Source: an uncultured Gemmatimonadales bacterium (GTDB lineage Bacteria > Gemmatimonadota > Gemmatimonadetes > Longimicrobiales > RSA9). Taken from it: a DNA stretch of 64,000 nt. Location: NCBI GenBank assembly GCA_963816355.1, contig CAWFKH010000001.1, positions 416,001 through 480,000 of the forward strand, in the 5' to 3' direction. The notes beneath the pieces are model-generated. The model was not told the DNA's origin, ran no database searches, and was given only the letters and a program-made list of their open reading frames with translations. The translations under genes were made by a program, and so were the position numbers. Numbering within the stretch: position 1 is the first letter of the stretch; every line of letters begins with the position of its first letter. Shown one piece after another: positions 9,159 through 19,953 of the stretch.

Positions 9159-11001
9159 ATGGAGCTTTACCGCCGCGTCCTCGCCTACGTGCTGCGCTAC
9201 CGCTGGCTGATCGCCGCGACCATCGGCGCGACGGTCGGCTTCGCGATCTTCGACGCGTTCAGCATGCTCATGCTGATCCCGTTCCTGAACCAGCTCTTCG
9301 GCACCTCGCCGCTCGCCATCCAGAGCGGCCAGCAGCACGGCATCCAGTGGCTGCTCGACCACACGGTCGGCGCCTTCCTCGATCCGGGCGCGCCGCCGCA
9401 GCGCGTGCTGATCGACGTCATCGCGGTGATCCTCGTCGTCTTCCTGGCGAAGAACGTCTTCGACTTCCTGCAGCAGTACCTCGCCGCGCGCCTCGAGCAG
9501 CGCGTCACGCGCCACATGCGCAACGAGGTCTACGACCACCTGCTCGAGCTCGACCTGGGCTTCTTCGGCCGCACGCGCGCCGGCCAGATCATCTCGCGCC
9601 TGACCAACGACGTGGACCAGCTCCGCATGCTGGTGACGCGCAACATCGCCAAGCTGACGACGTCGCTCTTCCAGATCCTCGCCACGCTCGCCGCGTCGCT
9701 CATGATCTCGTTCCGGCTCACGGTCGCGGCGGTGATCGTGATGCCGGCGATGTTCGGCATCTGGGGCCGCATGCTGCGCCGGCTGCGCACCGGCGACCGG
9801 CGCGTGCTGGACCTCGCGGGCGACGTCTCCTCGCACCTGCAGGAGTCGGTCGCGGGGATCCGGCTGGTGAAGTCGTTCGCCGCGGAGCCGTTCGAGTCGC
9901 GCCGCTTCCGCGGCCTGACGCAGCGCTACTACCGCACCTACGTGCGCACCGAGGCGCTGCGCTCGCTCGCCGGTCCGGTCACGGAGATGATGGGCGCCTT
10001 CGGCACGGTACTGCTGCTCTGGTACGGCAGCCGCATGGTGCTGGTCGAGCACGCGCTCGACGCCGCCACCTTCATCACCTTCCTCGGCCTCAGCATGAAG
10101 CTGTACGCGCCGGTGAAGTGGACGTCGAAGTTCCCCTCGATGATCCAGCCGGGCCTCGCCGCCGCCGAGCGCATCTTCGAGTTCCTCGACGCGCCGGTCC
10201 GCATCCGGGACCGCCCCGACGCGCGCGAGTTCTCCGGCGAGCACGGCGCGATCCGCTTCGAGGACGTCTCCTTCCGCTACGAGCCGGAGGAGCCGGTGCT
10301 GAAGGAGGTGTCGCTGGAGGTCGCGCGCGGCGAGGTGGTGGCGCTGGTGGGGCCGAGCGGCGCCGGCAAGACGACCGTGGTCGACCTGCTCGCCCGCTTC
10401 TACGACCCCGTCCGCGGCCGCATCACGATCGACGGCGTCGACCTGCGCGACTTCTCGCTGCGCTCGCTGCGCTCCAGCCTCGGCATCGTGACGCAGGAGA
10501 CCGTCCTCTTCCACGACACCGTGCGCGCGAACATCGCCTACGGCCGGCCCGACGCGAGCCAGGCGGCGATCGAGCGCGCCGCCCGCGCCGCCCACGCGCA
10601 CGAGTTCGTCGAGCAACTGCCGCAGCGGCTACGACACCGTGCTCGGCGAGCGCGGGACGCGGCTCTCGGGCGGGCAGCGGCAGCGCATCGCGATCGCCCG
10701 CGCGTTGCTGCGCGACCCGCCGATCCTGATCTTCGACGAGGCGACCTCCGCGCTCGATTCGGAGTCCGAGCGGCTGGTGCAGGACGCGATCGAGCGGCTG
10801 CTCGAGGGGCGCACCGTCTTCGTCATCGCGCACCGCCTCTCCACCATCCGGCACGCCGACCAGATCCTCGTCCTGCGCGACGGCCGCATCGTCGAGCGCG
10901 GCCGCCACGAGGAGCTGCTCGAGCGCGGCGGCGTCTACAGCCGGCTGCACGAGCTGCAGTTCGAGGCGCGCGGCGGCGCGCGCGCCGCCGCAGAGTCGTG
11001 A
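9159..11001 (+). CDS. msbA: MsbA-like ABC exporter (TMD+NBD), interrupted by an apparent 1-nt insertion near 10623-10626
   Basis: Walker A GPSGAGKT in the first frame; [31 protein letters not shown] continue in a shifted frame ending at TGA 11001. Confidence 0.75.
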
Positions 11002-12116
11002 GAGTGCTCCACGTGGACGCGGGCCGCGAGTGGCGCGGCGGCCAGCGTCAGGCGCTCCTCCTCGCGCTCGGCCTCGCCCGCCGCGGCGTCGCCGGCCTCG
11101 TCGTCGCGCAGCCCGGATCGCCGCTCCTCGAGCGCGCCCGCGGCGCCGGCCTCGAGACGCGACCGCTCCGCATGCGCGGCGATGCCGACGTCGCCGCCGC
11201 GGCGCGCCTCGCCGCCGCCGCGCGCGAGCGCGACGCCGCGCTCGTCCACGCCCACGACGCCCGCGCCCACTCCGTCGCCGCGCTCGCGCGCCTGTTCGGC
11301 TCCGGCGCCGCCGTCGTGGTGACGCGACGCAGCCTGGTGAAGCGGAGCGACGCCTTCAGCCGCGCCAAGTACCGCTGGGGTGCCGCCGCGCACATCGCCG
11401 TCAGCCGCGCCGTCGCCGACGGCCTCGCCGGCCTCGGCGTCGCGCCGTCGCGCGTCAGCGTGGTGCCGGACGGCGTCGATTTCTCCTCGACTCCGGCGCG
11501 CGCGGAGGCGGTCGACTGGCGCGCGCGTCTCGGCCTGCGCGCCGCGGACCGCGTCCTGGGCTCCGTCGGCGCGCTGTCGCCCGAGAAGGGGTACGACATC
11601 GCGGTCGCGGCGCTCGCGGCGCTGCCCGCGGATGTCCATCTCGTCGTGCTCGGCGAGGGGCCGGAGGCGGCGGCCCTGCGGGCGGCGGCGGAACGCGCCG
11701 GCGTCGCCCAGCGGCTGCACCTGGCCGGCTTCGGCGATGCCGTCCCGGCCGCGATCCGCGGCTTCGACGCCTACGTCCAGCCGAGCCGCGCCGAGGGCCT
11801 CGGCACCGCCGCGATGGAGGCGATGGCGCAGGGCGTGCCCGTCGTCGCGGCGGCCGCGGGCGGCCTGCGCGAGCTGGTCGCCGACGGCGAGAGCGGCCTC
11901 CTCGCGCCGCCCGAGGACGCCGCCGCGCTCGCCGCGGCGTGCGCGCGCCTGCTGGGCGACGCGGCGCTCCGCCAGCGCCTCGCCGAGGGCGCCCGCCGCC
12001 GCATCCGCGCCTACTCCGTCGACGCCATGGTGAGCGGCACGCTCGCCGTGTACGAGCGCCTGCTCGGCCGGGACGGCCGCCGTGCCGTGCCGCGCCGCGT
12101 GGCGGGCGCTCCGTGA
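10998..12116 (+). CDS. GT4 glycosyltransferase
   Basis: [39 protein letters not shown] overlap with the msbA stop. Confidence 0.85.
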   Translation: MRVLHVDAGREWRGGQRQALLLALGLARRGVAGLVVAQPGSPLLERARGAGLETRPLRMRGDADVAAAARLAAAARERDAALVHAHDARAHSVAALARLFGSGAAVVVTRRSLVKRSDAFSRAKYRWGAAAHIAVSRAVADGLAGLGVAPSRVSVVPDGVDFSSTPARAEAVDWRARLGLRAADRVLGSVGALSPEKGYDIAVAALAALPADVHLVVLGEGPEAAALRAAAERAGVAQRLHLAGFGDAVPAAIRGFDAYVQPSRAEGLGTAAMEAMAQGVPVVAAAAGGLRELVADGESGLLAPPEDAAALAAACARLLGDAALRQRLAEGARRRIRAYSVDAMVSGTLAVYERLLGRDGRRAVPRRVAGAP

Positions 12117-13135
12117 GCGCGGCGCGCGCCGCGGAGCCGCGCGCCGGCGGCGCCGCGGCACCGGCGGAGGCGGAGGCGGCGGAGCGGCGCGCGCCGAACC
12201 TGCGCCACCGCGCCGAGTACGCCGCGCTGCGCGGCGCGGTGGGGGCGTGCCTGGCGTTCGGTACGCCCGCGGATCTGCGGCTCGCGGAGCGGCTCGGCCG
12301 CTTCTTCCACCGCCGCGTCCGGCTGCGGCGGGACGTGGTCGAGACGAACCTGCGGCGCGCCTTCCCCGAGCGCGACGGCGGGTGGATCGGGCGTGTGGGC
12401 CGCGGCGTCTACGAGCACGTCGCGCGCGAGGCGGTCGCGACCGTGCGGCTGCGCGCCATGGCCGCGCCCGAGCGGGTCGAGCGGATCGAGGTCGACGAGG
12501 ACGACGCGCTGCGTCACGCGCTCGAGCGCGGCCGCGGCGCCGTCGCCGTGACCGGCCACTACGGCAACTGGGAGGGCTGCCTGGCGGGGCTGGTCGCGCG
12601 CGGCGTCCCCGCCACGGTGGTCGTGCAGCGGCAGGAGAACCCGCTGGTGGACGCGTACCTGAACCGGGGCCGCGCGGGCGCCGGCACCGAGGTGGTCGAC
12701 CGGGGCGACGCTGCGCGCGGGGCGCTGCGCGCGCTGCGCCGCGGCCGCGCGGTCTTCTTCGTCGCGGACCAGGACGCGGGGCGCACGGGCGTCTTCGTCC
12801 CTTTCTTCGGACGGCCCGCCTCGACGCACCGGGGGCCGGCGATGATCGCGCGGCGCGCGGGCGCGCCGCTCGTCGCGATGGCGGCGACGCGCACCGGCGA
12901 CCTGCGCTATCGCATCGACGCGAGCGAGGTGGACGCGGGCCGGGAGGGTGAGGTCGACGACGTCGTCGAACGCCTCACCGCGGCGTTCACGGCGTGGCTC
13001 GAGGCGCGCGTTCGCGCCCGGCCCGAGCAGTACTTCTGGCTCCACCGGCGGTGGAAGACCGCGCCGCCGGCGGACCTCGACGGGGCCGCCGAACGGGCGG
13101 CCACGGCGCCCGAACAGGAACCGGACGGGGCCTGA
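12113..13135 (+). CDS. Lipid A acyltransferase (LpxL/HtrB family)
   Basis: GHYGNWE, DQ, VPFFG, PEQYFWLHRRWK motifs. Confidence 0.85.
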   Translation: MSAARAAEPRAGGAAAPAEAEAAERRAPNLRHRAEYAALRGAVGACLAFGTPADLRLAERLGRFFHRRVRLRRDVVETNLRRAFPERDGGWIGRVGRGVYEHVAREAVATVRLRAMAAPERVERIEVDEDDALRHALERGRGAVAVTGHYGNWEGCLAGLVARGVPATVVVQRQENPLVDAYLNRGRAGAGTEVVDRGDAARGALRALRRGRAVFFVADQDAGRTGVFVPFFGRPASTHRGPAMIARRAGAPLVAMAATRTGDLRYRIDASEVDAGREGEVDDVVERLTAAFTAWLEARVRARPEQYFWLHRRWKTAPPADLDGAAERAATAPEQEPDGA

Positions 13136-13196
13136 TCCGGTATCCAACGCACCGCCGGCCGCGCGCGGCCGCACGCGAGAAACGAGTCGAATCGAC

Positions 13197-14390
13197 GTGA
13201 TCTACATCTGCATACCGTCCCACGACGAGCGAAGCACGATCGGCGTCCTGCTGTGGAAGATCCGGCAGGTGATGGCCGAGTTCGACCGCGACTACGCGGT
13301 CCTCGTGCTCGACGACGCATCGCGCGACGAGACGCCATCCGTCCTCGAGCCGTACCTGCGCGTCATGCCGCTCACCGTGCTGCGCCACTCCGCGCCGCAG
13401 GGCTACGCACGCTCCACGGAGCGCCTGCTGCGCGAGGCGGTGCGTCTCGCGCCGTATCCGAAGCGTGACGTCGTCGTCACGCTGCAGGCGGACTTCACCG
13501 AGGATCCCGCCTGGATCCCGGACCTCGTCAAGCGGATCGAGGGCGGCATCGACCTCGTCAACGGCGCCGTCACGGCGCCCGCCGCCACGCCCCGCCCGGT
13601 GCGCTGGACGCGCGCCGCGCTCGGCCGCGCCGTACGCACCGCGCGCCGCTGGCCGCCCGAGATCAGCGACCCGCTCTCCGGGCTGCGCGCCTACCGCGTC
13701 ATCTGCCTGCGCAAGGCGTTCGACGCCCACGGCGACGAGCCGCTGCTGTGGGCCGACACCACGTGGGCGGTCAACGCGCAGCTCCTCGAAGCCGTGGTCC
13801 CCGAGGCGCGCCGCATCGAGGAGGTCCCCGTCGTCACGCGTCCCGACGGCCGCCGCCGCGACTCCCGCTTCCTCGCCTGGCGCGCCCTGCGCGACGGCCT
13901 CGCCTACCTCCGCCGCGCCCGCCACACCGCAGACGTGGCACCGCGCGACGCCGTCGTCGTCGAGGAGATGCCCGTCCCATCGCTCACCGCCGAGCGCCTC
14001 GACTCCGAACGCAGGCAGGCGCTCGCCGCCGAGGCGCGCGGCGCGCGCCGCCCGCGCGGCTCGGGCCGCTCCGCCTCCGGCCGCTCCGCCTCCGGGCGGC
14101 GCCGCACCACCGGCCGCGCCGCGCCTGCTGCCGCACCTGCCGCCGCGCCCGAGTCGGAGGAAGGCGCCGGCAACGGCAAGCGCCGCAGACGCTCGCGACG
14201 TGGTGGCTCGCGGCGCGGCGGCTCGCGCCGCTCCGGCCGGCGCCGCGGCGCTGGCGGCGGCGAGGGCGCGGCGGGCGCCGAGGGTGCGGCGGGCGGCGAA
14301 GGTGCGGCGGGCGGCGAAGGTGGCGGAGGCGGCGAAGACGCAGCTGGCGGCGGTCCCGGCGCCGGCAACGGAACGGAGAGGGAGAGCTGA
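13197..14390 (+). CDS. GT2 glycosyltransferase with Arg/Gly-rich disordered C-terminal tail
   Basis: IYICIPSHDE, VLDDASRDET, LQADFT; tail KRRRRSRRGG.. and GEGAAG repeats. Confidence 0.75.
   Translation: MIYICIPSHDERSTIGVLLWKIRQVMAEFDRDYAVLVLDDASRDETPSVLEPYLRVMPLTVLRHSAPQGYARSTERLLREAVRLAPYPKRDVVVTLQADFTEDPAWIPDLVKRIEGGIDLVNGAVTAPAATPRPVRWTRAALGRAVRTARRWPPEISDPLSGLRAYRVICLRKAFDAHGDEPLLWADTTWAVNAQLLEAVVPEARRIEEVPVVTRPDGRRRDSRFLAWRALRDGLAYLRRARHTADVAPRDAVVVEEMPVPSLTAERLDSERRQALAAEARGARRPRGSGRSASGRSASGRRRTTGRAAPAAAPAAAPESEEGAGNGKRRRRSRRGGSRRGGSRRSGRRRGAGGGEGAAGAEGAAGGEGAAGGEGGGGGEDAAGGGPGAGNGTERES
14257..14340 (+). repeat. Imperfect 18-bp tandem repeat encoding (G/A)EGAAG
   Basis: About 4 copies of ggcgaaggtgcggcgggc-like units. 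Confidence 0.7.
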
Positions 14391-14391
14391 C

Positions 14392-15210
14392 GTGGTCGTA
14401 CGAGGCTTGATCATATCGGGGTTGTTCGCGGCGTCCGTGTCGGCCGTCGCGGTGAGCGCGGCGCAGCAGCCGAGCCCGCCGCCAGTGCCGGTGCGGCCGG
14501 ACTCGACGATCGTCGCCAATTTGCCGTTCGGCCAGGGCGAGCGGATGACGTACGCGGTCACGCTGAGCCCGTTCGGCAAGGTGGGCGAGGGCTCGATCGG
14601 GGTGGAGGGGATCGACACCGTGCGCGGCGTGCGCAGCTACCGGTTGAGGATGCAGATCAAGGGAGGCATCGTCTTCGCGCACGTCGACGACACGTTCGAG
14701 TCGTGGGTGAACGCCACGGACTTCTCCTCGCTGCGCTTCCGGCAGCGGCAGAAGGAGGTCAACTACAAGCGCAACCGCACGCTCGACTTCTACCCGGACC
14801 AGATGCGCTGGGTGGGCACCGACGGCAAGTCCGGAGAGCTGGGCAGCGACCGCCCGCTCGACGACGTCTCCTTCCTCTACTTCGCCCGCACGCTGCCGCT
14901 CGAGGTGGGCCGGACGTATACGCTCAACCGTTACTTCGCGCCGGACGGCAATCCGGTCACGCTCAAGGTCCTGCGCAGGGAGACGGTCACCGTCCCCGCC
15001 GGCGTCTTCAACACGATCGTCGTGCAGCCGGTGATCCGCACGAAGGGCCTCTTCGCCGAGGGCGGCAAGGCGGAAGTCTTCTTCACCGACGACGACCAGC
15101 GCCTTCTCGTCCAGCTCAAGTCCGACGTTCCGGTCCTCGGCTCGCTCAACCTGAAGCTCACCGGCTACACGCCCGGCGAGCGGCCGAGCGAGTTCACCGT
15201 CAACCACTGA
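14392..15210 (+). CDS. Secreted DUF3108-family protein
   Basis: Signal peptide; PFGQGERMTY, LDDVSFLYFAR, TVPAGVF, TDDDQRLLVQLK. Confidence 0.75.
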   Translation: MVVRGLIISGLFAASVSAVAVSAAQQPSPPPVPVRPDSTIVANLPFGQGERMTYAVTLSPFGKVGEGSIGVEGIDTVRGVRSYRLRMQIKGGIVFAHVDDTFESWVNATDFSSLRFRQRQKEVNYKRNRTLDFYPDQMRWVGTDGKSGELGSDRPLDDVSFLYFARTLPLEVGRTYTLNRYFAPDGNPVTLKVLRRETVTVPAGVFNTIVVQPVIRTKGLFAEGGKAEVFFTDDDQRLLVQLKSDVPVLGSLNLKLTGYTPGERPSEFTVNH

Positions 15211-15233
15211 GCGCGACGGACGCTCGGAGGCCG

Positions 15234-16235
15234 ATGCGCGATACCCCGCCGGAGATCGACCTGGACCGGGTCCGCACCACGCCGGTGGAGCGCCGGCCGA
15301 ACAAGGTCGCGGCCACCGACTTCGCCCGCCCGCCCGCCGGCGAGCGCTCCTTCGCCGCCTTCCTGCGGTCGCTTCCCGACATCCTCGAGGCGCGCAGCTT
15401 CCTCGCCGTGGTCGAGCGACTGGCCGACGTCGCGCGGAGCAACGCCGCCGGCGACCGCCGCGGTCCCGAGCCGGCCCGCGCGGCCGTGTGGATGCTGGGC
15501 GGCCACGTGGTGAAGACGGGCCTGACGCCGCTGCTGATCGAGCTGATGCGCCGCGGCGCCATCACGTACGTGGCGACGAACGGCGCCACCGTGATCCACG
15601 ACTACGAGATGGCGCGCTGGGGCGGCACCTCCGAAGACGTGGAGGCGGGGCTCGCCGACGGCTCCTTCGGCATGGCGGAGGAGACCGGCCGCGACATGAA
15701 CGAGGCGATCCGCCGCGCGGCAGCGGAGGGGTGGGGCTTGGGCGAGTCGCTGGCGCGCGACCTCGAGGATCGCGCGCGGCGCGGCGAGCTCGCGCAGCCC
15801 GAGCTCTCGCTGCTGCTGGCGGCGCGCCGGCTGGGCGTCGGCTTCGGCGTCCACGCCGCGATCGGCGCGGAGATCATCCACCAGCACCCGGCCGCCGACG
15901 GCGCGGCGATCGGCGCCACGAGCATGACCGATTTCCGCCGTCTCGCCGCCCACCTCGAGCGACTGGAAGAGGGGGCCGTGCTCAACGTCGGCTCGGCCGT
16001 TGTCATGCCGGAGGTGTTCCTGAAGGCGCTCACGCTCTGCCGCAACGTGAACGCGGGCCGCCCGCGCGCTTTCCTCACGGCGGACTTCGACATGATCCGG
16101 CAGTACCGCCCGCGCGTGAACGTGGTGGAGCGGCCCACGCGTACCGGCGGAGGCGTGGGCTACCAGATCACGGGACACCACGAGCTCATGATGCCGCTGC
16201 TGGCGTGGGGGGTGCTGGAAGGGCTGGAGGGGTAG
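15234..16235 (+). CDS. Deoxyhypusine-synthase-like conserved protein (GSU2086-type)
   Basis: MLGGHVVKTGL, IHDYEMA, SEDV..GSFG, GSAVVMPEVFLKAL, GHHE; SD GGAGG. Confidence 0.65.
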   Translation: MRDTPPEIDLDRVRTTPVERRPNKVAATDFARPPAGERSFAAFLRSLPDILEARSFLAVVERLADVARSNAAGDRRGPEPARAAVWMLGGHVVKTGLTPLLIELMRRGAITYVATNGATVIHDYEMARWGGTSEDVEAGLADGSFGMAEETGRDMNEAIRRAAAEGWGLGESLARDLEDRARRGELAQPELSLLLAARRLGVGFGVHAAIGAEIIHQHPAADGAAIGATSMTDFRRLAAHLERLEEGAVLNVGSAVVMPEVFLKALTLCRNVNAGRPRAFLTADFDMIRQYRPRVNVVERPTRTGGGVGYQITGHHELMMPLLAWGVLEGLEG

Positions 16236-17365
16236 CGGGTGAAATTCAGTCGATATTGCCGCCGGCGAGCGCTGCTTTCGCCCTCCGAATAAGCCAGCCG
16301 ATCTCCCTCGGACGAGAGGGCGATGGCTGTCTGCGGCCCAGCGCTGGAGCCCGCTCCCGCGAGCGCCACCCGCGCTTCATCGAGAAGCAGGATGTTCCAG
16401 TGGCGGATGGGAGGTTCGGCGGCGGGGGTCAGAATCCTGTACGCCGCAATTCCGACCGCCATGCCGAGGATCGCACCCAGCCCAGCCCAGGCCACGGTCC
16501 CGCGTCGCAACCGGGTGTGCATGGGGACTCGGCGCGCACGAGCATCGGCCGTCAGCGCCTCAGCGAACTCAGCGGCGGTTGCGAACCGGTCAGCCGGCAC
16601 CGAGGCCAGGGCCTGATGAATCGCGGCGGCAGCCGGCTCCGGGACTGTGCTGCGCAACGTCGTCAGTTGCTTTGTCGCACCTAGCATCACGGCCGCAACC
16701 ACGGCCCGCACGGACGATCCGGTGAATGGTGGTGCTCCTGCGAGCGTTTCGTACGCGACGCACGCCAGCGCGAAAATGTCGCTCCGCCCGTCCAGCGGCC
16801 GTTCACCAGACATCTGCTCCGGACTCATGTACGTCGGGGTGCCGATGGACAGAGCTGTCTGGGTCAGCCGGCTCGCGCCCGCCGAGCTTACGGCCAGTGC
16901 GATCCCGAAGTCTGCGAGCATCGGCTGACCGTCGTGAAGCAGAATGTTCTGGGGTTTGATATCGCGATGCAGCACGCCCTGCCGGTGAGCGTAGTCGAGC
17001 GCTCCGGCAATGACCTTTACGACGGCGATGGCCTCCGAAACGGGCAGCTCGCGCTCGCGGCTCAGGCGATCGCGCAGCGACTCACCCTGCACCAGGGGCA
17101 TGACGTAATAGAGTAGCTCGCCCGCCACTCCCGAGTCGTACAACGGCAGGATATGGGGATGCTGAAGCTTGGCAGTAACGCGGATCTCGCGAAGGAAGCG
17201 GTCCGCGCCCAGCACGGCCGAGAGCGCGGGACGCAGCACCTTGACGGCCACCTGGCGGTCATGCTTCAGGTCGGTGGCCTCATATACGACCGCCATCCCG
17301 CCTTCGCCGAGCAGGCGACCGATCCGGTATCGGCCACTCAACGCCGACTGGAGCTGGCTCTTCAT
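16160..17365 (-). pseudogene. Hanks-type Ser/Thr kinase with TM segment; C-terminal beta-propeller apparently truncated
   Basis: GEGGMA, VAVKVL, HRDIKPQN, DFGIA, GTPTYMSPE; one propeller-like blade start (ALSSEGDRLAY), then read-through overlapping the convergent gene by 76 nt. Confidence 0.6.
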
Positions 17366-17462
17366 GGTCTTCGGACTGGCTGCACGAGGCGCGCCGCGTC
17401 TTCGCCGGCGGGCGGTTCGAACACGAGAATTGGAGAATCGGCTCAGCGCTACCCGCCCTGGC

Positions 17463-18953
17463 TCAATCCCGCACGGCCCTTGTGAGTCGGGACCAGGGCT
17501 CGAGCCGGAAATGGGGGCCCGAGGTCCAGCGCGGCTCGAGCCCGATCCGCCGCGCGGTCTCGACCACCTGCCGCTCGTAGATCGACGGATGCTCCAGGCT
17601 CTGGATGTGGTCGCTGGACCACAGGAACCGATCGCCCCGCAGGTACGCGAGGAGGGTCCCTTCCCCGCTCGTCCCATCGATCTCGTGGAGCAGGATCGCG
17701 CCCCCCGCGAGGGAGAGCGAGTCGGCCACGCCACGAAAGCGGAGGCCGGGGCGCGGCGAAGTCCGCGCGAGGAGGTCCGGGGCGCGACTCCAGTCCCGCC
17801 GGAGCGCGCGCTCGAGGAACGGCCGCGACAGATCGTGAGAGACGATGATCGCGCCGTGCGCCACCCACCAGCGGAGCCCGGCGACGTGCGGCCAGGTCGG
17901 GTTCAGGGCCACCAGGACGGCGGGGTGGTCGCCCGGGAACAGGCGCCGGATCCAGTCCGCGTCCTCGCGGGCCCGCTCCTCCCCGGCCGGGGCGTCCATC
18001 AGGAACACGGTGTCCCGCTCGAGGGCGACCACGTTCGTGAAGGCCGGGCTTGCGAGGAGGAAGGCGTCGGCGCCGATCCGGACCGTGTCCGGGGCCCCGG
18101 CCGCGAAGCGCCGGGCCGGGTCGGTGGACTGAACGAGATCGGTGTCCGGGAGAGCCAGGGACGGACCGTCTGCGCGGGGCGCGAGCTCGGCCGCGCCGGG
18201 CAGCACGGTGCGAGACGTCTCCCGGAATCCATCCACGATCCGGGCAGCGGCCATCGGGTAGAGCCCGCCGCCTCCGACGTCCAACCACGTCATGTACAGG
18301 TACGCGACGAACTCCGGCCCCAGGAAGTAGTGCCGCTCGTCCCGCGCCAGCGCCACCGGGAGCGCGGTCGCCCGGTCGAGGAACAGCCGTTCGGGCCCGA
18401 TCTCACCCGGCCGGCGAAGGACGACGCGCGGGTACCCCCGGACCGGGCAGACCCCCGCGACGGCCACGTCCGGCGAACCGGCCCAATCCGCGAGGGCGAG
18501 CCAGGGATCGAGGTAGCGCTCGGACATTAGGTGGGCATGGGTCCGATCGGACGGCGCGGCCGGAGCGGAGTCGCGGGCCACGAACGCGGCCGACGGCCCC
18601 GCCAGGATCGCCACCGGGGAGCCCTCCGTCTCGATCCGCTCGACCCCCGTGGCCGGGTCCACCCAGCGCTCGCTCGCGGAGATCGCCGTGATGTACGGGG
18701 GATAGGTCCGGTCAGACTGGTCGCGGAGCTCCCGCGCCGTGCGCGAGCGGAGATGGAGGAGCGGCCCGCCGGCCGCCGGGACCCCCACCGCCCGCTGCGC
18801 TCGGCGCAGCCACTCCGCCGCGGTCCCGGCCGCCGGGGCCAGCGCCCTTTCGCAGAGCTCGCGGTCCACGGGCTCGGGAGCGTTCCGGGGCAGCGTCAGG
18901 GCGAGCGAGGCCAGCGCCGCGACCACGGCCAGGACGCTCATTGTCCTTTCCAT
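17463..18953 (-). CDS. Secreted protein with degenerate metallo-beta-lactamase-like C-terminal domain
   Basis: Signal peptide; FLMDAP, LNPTWPHVAG at the position of HxHxDH, AYLRGDRFLWSSD. Confidence 0.6.
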   Translation of the reverse strand: MERTMSVLAVVAALASLALTLPRNAPEPVDRELCERALAPAAGTAAEWLRRAQRAVGVPAAGGPLLHLRSRTARELRDQSDRTYPPYITAISASERWVDPATGVERIETEGSPVAILAGPSAAFVARDSAPAAPSDRTHAHLMSERYLDPWLALADWAGSPDVAVAGVCPVRGYPRVVLRRPGEIGPERLFLDRATALPVALARDERHYFLGPEFVAYLYMTWLDVGGGGLYPMAAARIVDGFRETSRTVLPGAAELAPRADGPSLALPDTDLVQSTDPARRFAAGAPDTVRIGADAFLLASPAFTNVVALERDTVFLMDAPAGEERAREDADWIRRLFPGDHPAVLVALNPTWPHVAGLRWWVAHGAIIVSHDLSRPFLERALRRDWSRAPDLLARTSPRPGLRFRGVADSLSLAGGAILLHEIDGTSGEGTLLAYLRGDRFLWSSDHIQSLEHPSIYERQVVETARRIGLEPRWTSGPHFRLEPWSRLTRAVRD

Positions 18954-19497
18954 GGCGGGCAAGCTATCCGCCCGCGCGGCCGCCTCGCTACCGGCCCGGG
19001 ACCAGTCCCCCTCCCGGGTGGGACGAATGCCACGATTGCGTGGACAGAGCCGCGTCGCTCGCATCCTTGTGCCGACGCAGGCGCAGTTCCTGCTGTTGCT
19101 TGATCATTCAATCAAGGCGGGGCAGGATGGCCGGAGGAACTCCTGTAGCGCGTCGCCGATCCGGCCGGTACGCCGGCCGCGATGGAGCGCGCGGCAGGAG
19201 ACGTCCGGTCGGAGGGCGTGCAGCATGAGATCATTGAACGCTTGGAGGTGGACGTACGGGAGCACAGTGAGCGCTGCCTGGAAGTCCCGGGTCTGAGTTG
19301 GAAACGTGCGAGCCCGGAAGGAAGCGGCGCTGCGTGACATTGCGGAGCACGCCTGCGACGCGGTGGCGGTGCGCTGGACGGGGGGAGCGGAAGCCGCTCG
19401 TCTCTGCAGGCGGGCCGCCGGTTGCGGAGTCGAAGCCCGGTTGATACCGTCGGGATGCGGGCACGGTCGCCCCATCCATCACCCGGAGGCTTCACTC

Positions 19498-19803
19498 ATG
19501 CGCATGCTGATGCACGTCCACTTTCCCGTCGAGCCCTTCAACGCGGCGGTGCGCGATGGCAGCATCGGTCAGAAGATGCAGAAGCTCCTCGAGGCCACCA
19601 AGCCCGAAGCCGCGTACTTCACGGAGCAGTCCGGCCAGCGGGGCGCGCTGCTGGTCGTCGACGTGAAGGGTCCGTCCGACATTCCGGTCCTGGCCGAGCC
19701 CTGGTTCCTGCAGCTTGACGCCAAGGTCGAGTTCCGCGTGGCCATGACGCCAGAGGACCTCGGGCGCGCGAACCTGGAGACGCTCGGCCAGACCTGGGCG
19801 TAG
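19498..19803 (+). CDS. Small conserved protein (DUF3303/GYD-like)
   Basis: SD GGAGG; KPEAAYF..GQRG..IPVLAEPWF..MTPEDL pattern. Confidence 0.7.
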   Translation: MRMLMHVHFPVEPFNAAVRDGSIGQKMQKLLEATKPEAAYFTEQSGQRGALLVVDVKGPSDIPVLAEPWFLQLDAKVEFRVAMTPEDLGRANLETLGQTWA

Positions 19804-19953
19804 AACCCGGCGGGCGCTCCTGCCGGGCGGCAATCGTCGCTGGACGCTTCGGGGGACGGCCCCTCGCGTGTCCGGCAGCGGAGGCTCCCGGCGCGAGCGT
19901 CCGACCCCGGGTCCGGAGATGCACCCACCCATCCCCTTTCCTGGATCCCTGGA

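Noticed and set aside
9159..12116. 985-aa MsbA-glycosyltransferase fusion
   Set aside because: Produced by the 1-nt frameshift; the linker is out-of-frame NBD sequence and the GT4 has its own GTGA-coupled start.
19065..19497. Possible small gene or gene remnant (minus-strand ORFs; weak resemblance to an ABC substrate-binding protein C-terminus ending ..IE*)
   Set aside because: No convincing motif, start or RBS; cannot be supported without a search.
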